Of a stretch of 52,399 bases of DNA, positions 39,356 through 47,580 are shown in pieces. Source of the DNA: an uncultured Gammaproteobacteria bacterium. Lineage in GTDB: Bacteria > Pseudomonadota > Gammaproteobacteria > Ga0077554 > Ga007554. A model generated the notes under the pieces. That model had not been told where the DNA came from and did not search any database. It worked only from the letters and a program-made list of their open reading frames with translations. Position 1 is the stretch's first letter; the number at the start of each line of letters is the position of its first letter. The stretch lies in NCBI GenBank assembly GCA_947085925.1, contig CAMTYI010000043.1, forward strand, positions 1-52,399, read 5' to 3'. Both the position numbers and the translations under genes were made by a program.

Positions 39356-41162
39356 TCAATGCCTCGTCGGGGTTAACGTTATCACCTTTACTGACATTCA
39401 CGGCGATTACCTTTCCGGCAATCGGCGCCTGCACTTCAGTTTCCATCTTCATGGCCTCGGTCACCAGCACCGGATCGCCCGCCTTCACGGTGTCCCCCAG
39501 CTTCACCAGGACTTCGACAATGGTGCCCGGCATGGACGTGGTGACATGCCCCGGCGCCTGCGCACGCGTCCGCCTGCTGCCTTTGCCTGCGGTTTGTTTT
39601 GTAGGTTCGGTAGTGAGTTCTTGTAGCGTTTCAACAATAATCTCTTCAGGCAAGCCATCCACGGAGACATAGAAGGGCCGCCGGTTCTGCTCCTGGTGGC
39701 CGCTGCCTGTCACATGAATGTGATAGGTTTCGCCATGCAGGGTGACGTTGAATTCCAAAGGTGTTGCGCCCCGTATGGCGGCGCCGTCGCTGGCTACTTC
39801 CAGCGGTTCGGGTACGAGTGTGTCCGTGGCGCGCTGTTCGAGAAACGTGCGGGCGATTTCCGGGAACATGGCGTAACTCAATACGTCTTCTTCGGACGTT
39901 GCAAGAGCGCCGATGTCGCCACGCAACGTTTCCATTTCATCCTTGAGCAGGTCTGCGGGACGGCAATCGATGACTTCTTCATTGCCAATAGCCTGCTGGC
40001 GCACGATGGCGTTTACCACCCCCGGCGTCTTGCCGTAACGGCCCTGCAAATAGAATTTTACCTCATTGGTGATGGTCTTGTAACGCACGCCCGCCAAAAC
40101 ATTGAGCAGGGCTTGCGTGCCGACAATTTGCGACGTGGGTGTGACCAGGGGCGGGAATCCCAGGTCTTCGCGTACCTGCGGGATTTCCGCCAGCACCTCA
40201 TTCATGCGGTCCAATGCGCCTTGTTCGCGCAACTGGTTGGCGAGATTGGAGATCATGCCGCCAGGGATCTGGTTGACCTGAACGCGCGTGTCGATGCCCG
40301 TGTACTCGCTCTCGAAACGCTGGTATTTCTTGCGCACATCGTAAAAATAAAAACCAATCTCTTGCAGTAGTTCGAGATTGAGGCCGGTGTCGTATTGCGT
40401 GCCACGCAGCGCCGCGACCATACTCTCGGTGGGCGGATGGCTGGTACCGCCTGAAAAGCTGGAAATGGCAGTGTCGATGTGACGGCAGCCGTTTTCAACC
40501 GCCTTTAACTGACACATGCTTGCCAGGCCAGAGGTGGCATGGGAATGCAAATGAACAGGGATTTTTACCGCGTTGACCAGGTGGCGCACCAATTCCGCAG
40601 TGACCATCGGCGTGAGCAACCCGGCCATATCCTTGATGGCGATACTGTCGCAGCCCATTGCTTGAAGTTCGCGCGCCATCTCAACGAATTTGGGGGTGCT
40701 GTGCACAGGGCTGGTGGTGTAGCACATCGTGCCTTGGGCGTGTTTGCCGGCGGCCTTAACGGATTCTATGGATACGCGCAGATTGCGGGTGTCGTTGAGC
40801 GCGTCGAAGATGCGGAACACGTCGATGCCATCGGCGGCGGCGCGCTGCACGAAGGCGCGCACCACATCGTCGGAATAATGGCGGTAGCCGAGCAGGTTTT
40901 GTCCGCGCAACAACATTTGCAGCCGGGTGTTGGGCAGCGCCGCCCTGAGCTTTTTCAGGCGCTCCCACGGATCTTCCTTGAGGAAGCGCAGACAGGCATC
41001 AAACGTTGCGCCTCCCCAGACCTCCAGCGACCAGAAATCCGCCTGATCCAGCTTGGCGCAGATCGGCAGCATATCCTCGGTGCGCATCCGGGTGGCAATC
41101 AGGGATTGATGTGCATCGCGCAGTATGGTGTCGGTGATGTAGACGCGGGACATGTCGGGCAC
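39342..41162 (-). CDS. pycB: pyruvate carboxylase subunit B (carboxyltransferase plus biotinyl domain; OadA-like)
   Basis: 606 aa. TLRDAHQS HMGL-like N-terminus and the C-terminal biotinylation motif EAMKMET. Directly downstream of a biotin carboxylase gene. Confidence 0.75.
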   Translation of the reverse strand: MPDMSRVYITDTILRDAHQSLIATRMRTEDMLPICAKLDQADFWSLEVWGGATFDACLRFLKEDPWERLKKLRAALPNTRLQMLLRGQNLLGYRHYSDDVVRAFVQRAAADGIDVFRIFDALNDTRNLRVSIESVKAAGKHAQGTMCYTTSPVHSTPKFVEMARELQAMGCDSIAIKDMAGLLTPMVTAELVRHLVNAVKIPVHLHSHATSGLASMCQLKAVENGCRHIDTAISSFSGGTSHPPTESMVAALRGTQYDTGLNLELLQEIGFYFYDVRKKYQRFESEYTGIDTRVQVNQIPGGMISNLANQLREQGALDRMNEVLAEIPQVREDLGFPPLVTPTSQIVGTQALLNVLAGVRYKTITNEVKFYLQGRYGKTPGVVNAIVRQQAIGNEEVIDCRPADLLKDEMETLRGDIGALATSEEDVLSYAMFPEIARTFLEQRATDTLVPEPLEVASDGAAIRGATPLEFNVTLHGETYHIHVTGSGHQEQNRRPFYVSVDGLPEEIIVETLQELTTEPTKQTAGKGSRRTRAQAPGHVTTSMPGTIVEVLVKLGDTVKAGDPVLVTEAMKMETEVQAPIAGKVIAVNVSKGDNVNPDEALIEIG

Positions 41163-41173
41163 TCGTTGCTGGG

Positions 41174-42607
41174 TTAAGAGTGGGCGTTGGCCGTGGCCAT
41201 GTGCGCGTATATGGCAGCGGCAATCACGGCGGCCAATTCGCGCGGCGGGCGGCGCACGGAATAGTTTATCAGCTCGGGATGGTTTTCCACGAAACTGGTG
41301 TCAAATGTAGCGTTCTGGAATTCTGGCGAGCGAATGATTTCCAGATGGTAAGGGATAGTGGTCTTGATGCCATACACGCCAATGTCCTGCAGGGCGCGGT
41401 TGGCGCGGTCCAGCACCTCATCCCAGGTTAATGCCCACACGGTTAGCTTCACGCACAGTGAATCATAATAGGGCGGTATTTCATAGCCGGTGTATATCGC
41501 GCCATCGGTGCGCACGCCGGGGCCGCCGGGCGCAAAATAGCGGGTAATACGCCCGAAGCTGGGCAGGAAACCGTTTTTTGGGTCTTCCGCATTGATGCGG
41601 AATTCCATCGCGTAGCCGCGGCGCTGCACCTCATCCTGCCGGTAGCGCAAGCGCAGTCCCGCTGCGATGCGGATCTGTTCGCGCACAATATCGATACCGG
41701 TAATCTGTTCCGTGACCGTGTGCTCCACCTGCAAGCGGGTATTCATTTCCATGAAATAGAAATTTCCCCCGGCATCCAGCAAGAATTCCACGGTCCCGGC
41801 ATTCTGATAGCCGACGGCTTGCGCTGCGCGCACGGCAAGCTCGCCCAAAAAGGCGCGTTGCTCATCGGTAAGTTGCGGCGACGGAGCGATCTCTATCAAC
41901 TTCTGGTGGCGACGCTGGATCGAGCAGTCGCGCTCGAACAGGTGAATCACATTGCCGTGGTGGTCGCCCAGCACCTGCATTTCGATGTGGCGCGGATTGA
42001 CGATGCACTTTTCCAGGAATATCTCCGCGCTGCCGAACGCCTTGGTAGCTTCGGAGATCACGCGGTCATAGTTTTTTCTCAGATCCTCGGCGTTTTCGCA
42101 GCGACGGATGCCGCGCCCGCCGCCGCCCGAGGTGGCCTTGAGCATTACCGGATAACCGAATTCAGCGGCACGCGCCAGCGCCTCGTCAATGCCGCTAAGA
42201 TTGCCTTCACTGCCTGGTATGACTGGAATGCCAGCGGCAATCATGGACTGGCGCGCGGCGATTTTGTCGCCCATGTGGCGGATTACGTCGGCGGAGGGGC
42301 CGATAAAGCGGATGTTGCGGCGCGCGCAAATCTCGGCCAGTTCGGGGTTTTCCGACAGAAAGCCATAACCAGGGTGCAGCGCGTCGCAGCCAGTGGCCAC
42401 CGCCAGATTGGCGATGCGGTGGGCATTCAAGTAGCCAGCGACCGACTCGGGGCCGATGTTATAGGCTTCGTCGGCCTTCTTGACATGCAAGGCATGGCGG
42501 TCGGCATCGGTGTATATCGCCACCGATTTGATGCCCATCTCCGCGCATGCGCGCACGATGCGCACGGCGATTTCGCCACGGTTGGCGATCAACACTTTTT
42601 TGATCAA
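41174..42607 (-). CDS. pycA: pyruvate carboxylase subunit A (biotin carboxylase)
   Basis: 477 aa. ATP-grasp biotin carboxylase (KVLIANRGEIAVRI, GGGGRGIR). No adjacent BCCP or accB. Confidence 0.75.
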   Translation of the reverse strand: MIKKVLIANRGEIAVRIVRACAEMGIKSVAIYTDADRHALHVKKADEAYNIGPESVAGYLNAHRIANLAVATGCDALHPGYGFLSENPELAEICARRNIRFIGPSADVIRHMGDKIAARQSMIAAGIPVIPGSEGNLSGIDEALARAAEFGYPVMLKATSGGGGRGIRRCENAEDLRKNYDRVISEATKAFGSAEIFLEKCIVNPRHIEMQVLGDHHGNVIHLFERDCSIQRRHQKLIEIAPSPQLTDEQRAFLGELAVRAAQAVGYQNAGTVEFLLDAGGNFYFMEMNTRLQVEHTVTEQITGIDIVREQIRIAAGLRLRYRQDEVQRRGYAMEFRINAEDPKNGFLPSFGRITRYFAPGGPGVRTDGAIYTGYEIPPYYDSLCVKLTVWALTWDEVLDRANRALQDIGVYGIKTTIPYHLEIIRSPEFQNATFDTSFVENHPELINYSVRRPPRELAAVIAAAIYAHMATANAHS

Positions 42608-42897
42608 GCGGCTGCCTCACGGATTGGTTGTGTCGTATCAGAGAATCGGCCTGCGCCTTGCTTTCTTTAGTTATCGATTTCTACGGGAATCAACTGCGGA
42701 AGTCAAGGCGGTGGCCTTCGAACCGCGACCCGTGTATCGCCGCGAAGGATTGACCTGCTTCCAGGTTCGGCGCTAGTTCATTGAGCATAGGCCAAGACGA
42801 ATCTGACCTGGTCGATTGTCAGGTGCGCCGCTGGCATTGCCACCTCATTGTTACTGAATGATTTGGTGGCTACCATCGGTGCACTATTTTTGAGAAT

Positions 42898-43733
42898 TCA
42901 CAACGCCTTTTTGCCGTATCTGCGTACCATGCCCCATCCAGCCAAGCCCAATACCATCAAGGCAATGCTGGCAGGTTCGGGGACGGTAGCGGCATTGTTC
43001 ACCTGTCCCGAGAAGGTGATCACAGTGGTCGAGCGGGGATCGGTGTCCCGCTGGAGCAGAGCGAGGGAGCCTGTCGAGCGCATGGCTTCCGAAATGAGCA
43101 GATCAATGGTTGCCGTTCCAGAGGGAGCAAGGTTGCCGAGATCGAACCCGAGCGCCAGCGCGACATCGTCCGGGGATCCGGGAGGGAGGGCGTTGGTATT
43201 GTCGAGCGTGCCCGCGAGCAGGTGGTCGACAATGTCCCCGAAGACGAAGCCCGGCTCGTCGATTTCCCATGAAGCACCCGGCCCGGCGACGCCGATCACC
43301 TCGCCGTACTCGTTGAAGAAGGTGTTGGTGGACCCGTCGATCTCCGCATCGAGAAAGACCAGGAACCGCAGGCCATCGAGCGCAACGCCGGTAGTATTGG
43401 AAAAACTGTATTTCAGGCTCAAATCGGCGGCGTCAGGCGACAGGGAGGCCGAAAAGGTATAGGCCAGACCGATTGGCAAGGCATCCACGGACAGCCGCGC
43501 GGCGGTTCCCACCGTAAAGGTGGCAATGCCGGTGCCGGGCCGTTCAGATCCTGCCCCGTGATGACGAGAAAGGCGTCGAATTCGTGCACCACACCGCCGG
43601 TGCTGATGGTGAACGTCTGTCCATGGACGGTGCCGCCCTCACCCTGTGGCCCGAAGGAGGTGATACTGATCGCCCACGCGGGGGCAGGCAGCGCAAGCAG
43701 CAACGTCCAGAGTAATGCAAATATCCGGCGCAT
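42898..43733 (-). pseudogene. PEP-CTERM sorting-domain protein, split by a frameshift
   Basis: ORF 43419-43733 supplies the signal peptide MRRIFALLWTLLLALPAPAWA plus about 50 plausible aa. ORF 42898-43512 (-1 frame) supplies the rest, ending VPEPASIALMVLGLAGWGMVRRYGKK. The join is at minus-strand AAC GGC CCG GCA (forward about 43535-43542). Confidence 0.7.
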
Positions 43734-43737
43734 ATCG

Positions 43738-45656
43738 TTACCGCCTCAGGGGTCCCATCACCGGCGTGGCGCTGACTTCGGCGGACGGGGGCGATATCAA
43801 GCCGCGCTCGCGCAGCCAGCGCACCACGTAGTAATAGGTGATGCCGTTGGTCAGCCCGGCGTCCTCATAGGTTGCATAGCTCGTCACGTGCCCAGCCTTG
43901 ATGAGCTGATACGGTCCGCCCGCAGTCGTGCCGCGGTAGATGTTGTAGCCCGCCGCACCCTCCACCGGCGTCCACACCAGGGCCACCTTGCCTTCCTTGG
44001 CGCGGACCCGCAGATTCTCGACCGGGCCGGGTTCTACGGCCATCACGATCTGGTTCACCTGGCAGTTGTTGGTCTCGTCCAGCTCCGCCACCGCGCCATC
44101 GGCGTCGGCGCAGGCGCCCATATGGTAGGTGCCTTCCACCAGATCGAACGGCAAGGTGAACTGGAAGCGGCTCTTCTCGCTCGACTGTCCCGGCGCCAGC
44201 GGCCCGACCCGCCGCTCGGCGATGGGGCGGTCCTGCCGGGGGTCGATCACATCATCGGGCGACAGGTAATAGCGGGTGACGGAAGGTGCGGCGGCAGTGG
44301 TGCCGGTATTGCCGGTGATCTCGGTAACGGTCACCGAGGCGCCGCCCTTGGTTTTGAGGAGAGGCGGGATGAAGAGTTCGATCACCAGATCCGGCCCGCC
44401 TTGCCAGGTGACTCCAGCTTGCCCGAATTCGGTGCGTACCTCACCCTCCTCGCCCAGCCATATCCGGTCGGTACCCAATGCGGTGCCGGTGTAGCTGAAG
44501 CTGGCTTTTCCGGCCGCATCCGTCACCTTGCGTATTCTCAGTCCGGCGTGAGGCCCATCAATCACCACAAATGACAACGAAAAATTGGGGATCGGTTTGC
44601 CATTGGCGGCATTGATGACGCTGGCGGTGAGGGTATACGTCGCCCCCAGCGACAGGGTTTGCGCCAGGGGCGTGAGGGTTACCTTGGGTTCGAAGGGGAT
44701 GGGGGTGTGCTGGCAATCAGCGCCTGGGTGTTCCAGTACACCAGATCGCGGGCTTCCTGGCGGCGCTCGGAAGACGTGGATTGCGCCAGCGTGGCGAGCA
44801 ACGTTTGCAGGCGCTGCTTGGCCAACGTGCCGTCTCCGGCATCCGCCGCCTGGCGGGCGGAGGCTAATTGATTGATCAACGTGGCAGCAAACGCCTGATC
44901 CGGCACCCAGCCCAGTTGGACGGCCTTGTTGAGATCGTCGCGGAGCTGGTTCCAGTGTTCGTAGGTGCCGGGGTAGACGCCCGAGGGGCCGAGGGTGACG
45001 GTGTGGAATCTGATCTGCTCCTCCACCGCCGCCGCGGCGGCCTCTTCTTCCTCGCTCACATCCTCGACATCGGGAACCACAAGGACCCACTTGGGATCGA
45101 TCACCGCCGCGCGGATCGTGGGGAGGCCGGGGCTGATGAGCGTGTAACCTGAACGTGTCTGGCCCGGCCATATCCGAACGGAGGGACCACTGCTACTAAA
45201 GCTGGCGAATTTACCTGCGACGTTTCCCAGCCAGCCGGAAGGGACTTGCAGGCCGACAGGCACCGGCAGCACCCCCGTCACGGGAGGGGACAATCCGAGG
45301 GAGGAGATCAAGGACCGGCTTTCAGCCACATCCTCTTCGAAGGTGGTGGGGAAGGCGCCTCTGGGCAAAGGCAGGTTGGAGGCATCCATCCAGCTCACAT
45401 CCCCCGAGTGGCCCACGTCGATGGAGAGATCCCATATCTGGCCCGTGTTGCTGGCGGGATTGCTGACGGTGTAGGCATAGGTATACCGGCCCGTAGCCGT
45501 ATCGAAACTGGTCTGCGCTCGCATTTGCACATCCTTGAGCACCGGCACTGGCATCAACCCCACGGCAAGGGCCGGAGTGTACCCCAAGCTGAACCATAGC
45601 CACGCCGCGAGAAGTCCAAGGTATCGCATCACTTTACACTCAGTTGAGATCGACAT
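43738..45656 (-). pseudogene. large secreted multidomain protein (N-terminal unknown domain, helical FIMAH-like region, Ig-like, CARDB-like and FN3 domains), split by a frameshift
   Basis: ORF 44679-45656 carries the signal peptide (..MRYLGLLAAWLWFSLGYTPALA) and about 300 aa. The -1 frame continues from HTPIPFEPKVTLTPLAQ to 43738, with a CARDB-like block (..YYLSPDDVID..ELDETNN) and FN3 (VENLRV..YNIYRG..YYYVV). The join is at forward G5, 44701-44705. Confidence 0.65.
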
Positions 45657-45719
45657 ATTTCCCCGCTCGTTGCTCGTTTGTCTTTTGCTATGGCTCGCAA
45701 CTTTCGATGCACGAGATCA

Positions 45720-46418
45720 TCAGTCAGTGAAATACTCCCACAGGATTTCTTGAACTGCCAGTTTTGGCCCGAGCCGAAACACGATGTTAGCGTGCCAAGC
45801 GAACTCAAATCCATCACCAGGTGCGTATTTGTCCCACGCATATTCGATCTCGCTACCGGGCCGATGCTGTGTTGAATTCGCTGGTTGCCCCAGCGCTTTG
45901 ATGAACTGATCCACTGGCTGACCCACACGCAGGCCGCAGGGCAAGGCAACGGCGGGATCGCGCAGGACGAGCATCTTGACTCGGTAAGGCGGAGAATCTT
46001 CATGATCCCCGCGAACCTGGAATCGGGCGCCGGAGATTTCGACGTAATGGAGAACGACTCCCACTTCTTGCGGATCCGGCGCCGACCAGAAGCGGGTTTT
46101 GGCCGATGCATCGGCCGCGCTCACAGCGCCCGGATCGACTATTCCTTTCGACAGCCCCGGAAGCAGCTTCGTCTTTAGCGGCGCATCGCCGAACGTAAGC
46201 AGGCATTTATTCGCCTTTGGCGGGGCCTCGGTTTTGGCCGGTTCGGTCACCGATTCATGATGCAAGGTAGAAATAACGCCGCGATTGGGCGGGGTATCTG
46301 CCGCTATCGACGCATGGAATGGCATCGCCATTGTGGTGAGGATGAAGAAGAACAGGCCATTCAATTGTGCCGGTCTCCGCAAAGGATGTGCTGCTTCGCA
46401 CTCAATCGAAATCGACAT
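45720..46418 (-). CDS. secreted hypothetical protein
   Basis: 232 aa with a signal-like N-terminus (..RRPAQLNGLFFFILTTMAMPFHASIAA). Its start overlaps the end of the upstream peptidase gene by 17 nt. I recognise no family. Confidence 0.55.
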   Translation of the reverse strand: MSISIECEAAHPLRRPAQLNGLFFFILTTMAMPFHASIAADTPPNRGVISTLHHESVTEPAKTEAPPKANKCLLTFGDAPLKTKLLPGLSKGIVDPGAVSAADASAKTRFWSAPDPQEVGVVLHYVEISGARFQVRGDHEDSPPYRVKMLVLRDPAVALPCGLRVGQPVDQFIKALGQPANSTQHRPGSEIEYAWDKYAPGDGFEFAWHANIVFRLGPKLAVQEILWEYFTD

Positions 46419-47274
46419 GTTTTCTACCCTTACTTTCGCAATAACGCTTCACCGGTGGAAGCTGGCGATGGGCTTCTTTGATCGCCTTATCAAGAGCATC
46501 GTCATCTTCGCAATTCACTGTAACGCCGCCCTCATCCGCCCGGTTGAGATCCATATCGGTGCCGGTGCGGTGCGAGGCGTGCGGCTTGGTCCAGTTGCTG
46601 TCGATATCGAATACCCCACCTTTTGGCAGGCTCAGGTCATTGATGCTGAGCCGTCTCCCTGTAATTTTGAAGTATTCGGAGGCCAGGTAGACCGCCCGAC
46701 CCACGGTATTCAGCGTGCCCCACGTCCCCTCGGGGTGAGAGGCTGTGCCGCCGCGCGCCGTGATGTGGAATGCCGTGCTGGTGGGAAGCCTTGTCAGCCC
46801 CGGTATCCCCACATCAATGGTGTTTTTGCGTTTCTGGGAATTGAATGTGAAACATCCCCCAGCACACCGCCGCCCCGGCGGCGCGGTGAGCGTCTCCTCC
46901 ACGATGATCTTGCCCGCCACTTGCGGCATCGGGTGGGTGATCAGCACTTCGCTATTCTGCGTCTGGCCACCGACACCGAGCGGGCTGGGGTCGGTGTCGG
47001 TGCCGCTGAACTGCAAGACGCCGTTGGCGGGCTGGATGACGGGGTGGGTATCGAAGCCGTGGTTATGTCCACCGTTGTTATCGGGCGACGTCCTGGGATC
47101 CTTGATGCCGATAGCCCGGTATGTCAAGGCACAGTTCAGTAATTGGCGAGTGTCGATGTCATAGCAAGAGATGTAGTTTTTATACTTGACGGGATTCTTG
47201 TTGGGCAACGACGGCGCCTGGATATAGATCCCGTTCATAGACATACCCGAAACCAAAGAAGGGCTGCGCCGCAC
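46402..47274 (-). CDS. LAS-superfamily (peptidase M15/M74-like) Zn-peptidase; N-terminus uncertain, possibly frame-broken from a signal-peptide ORF at 47180-47383
   Basis: INDLSLPKGGVFD...PHASHRTGTDMDL resembles MepA IGDMGMPAGGRF..GHASHQTGLDVDI. The C-terminal KHVDFD matches the HVD third Zn-ligand motif, also seen in the MepK-like protein of this window (FVHVDVG). Confidence 0.55.
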   Translation of the reverse strand: MRRSPSLVSGMSMNGIYIQAPSLPNKNPVKYKNYISCYDIDTRQLLNCALTYRAIGIKDPRTSPDNNGGHNHGFDTHPVIQPANGVLQFSGTDTDPSPLGVGGQTQNSEVLITHPMPQVAGKIIVEETLTAPPGRRCAGGCFTFNSQKRKNTIDVGIPGLTRLPTSTAFHITARGGTASHPEGTWGTLNTVGRAVYLASEYFKITGRRLSINDLSLPKGGVFDIDSNWTKPHASHRTGTDMDLNRADEGGVTVNCEDDDALDKAIKEAHRQLPPVKRYCESKGRKHVDFD

Positions 47275-47455
47275 ACAAGCCGGTCAGGAGCGGGAGAACG
47301 AATCGTAGGCCGACGCCGCGCGCCGCTTTGCGTTTCGGTGTTGCCCCATAGTCATCGGCGATAAAGCCCGGACACCCGGCCATATACTGCCCCCCCCGTG
47401 CGATTCGACGCTATGCCGACGTTTCTTGCCACAACGGATGTGTGCGGTTGAGGTT

Positions 47456-47483
47456 CTTATAGCATGAGCTGGGGGGTAGTCAA
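47456..47483 (-). promoter_or_regulatory. candidate sigma-70 promoter of the 47.4-42.9 kb operon
   Basis: Minus strand TTGACT (47478-47483), a 16-nt spacer containing C6, then TATAAG (47456-47461). It lies about 70 nt upstream of the ATG at 47383. Confidence 0.45.
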
Positions 47484-47501
47484 GCGCAACAGCGCTTGAC
47501 T
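47478..47501. promoter_or_regulatory. perfect 24-bp palindrome (candidate operator) in the divergent region
   Basis: AGTCAAGCGC-AACA-GCGCTTGACT. One arm is the -35 hexamer of the minus-strand promoter candidate. Confidence 0.5.
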
Positions 47502-47541
47502 TTCAAGCTCAATATGGAAGGATTGGATTTGTCAGGCATTT

Positions 47542-47571
47542 TTGACAGGAGGTGTCTGCCGGTTGTAAAAT
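47542..47571 (+). promoter_or_regulatory. candidate sigma-70 promoter of yceD-rpmF
   Basis: TTGACA (47542-47547), 18-nt spacer, TAAAAT (47566-47571). The -10 ends only 9 nt before the yceD ATG. Confidence 0.35.
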
Positions 47572-47580
47572 GTCCGGCTT

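Noticed and set aside
42690-42745. A GGTTCGAA-containing stretch that looked like a tRNA T-arm, and so a possible tRNA fragment or att site flanking the accessory operon.
   Set aside because: The bases flanking TTCGAA do not form a T-stem, and no acceptor or anticodon arms can be drawn.
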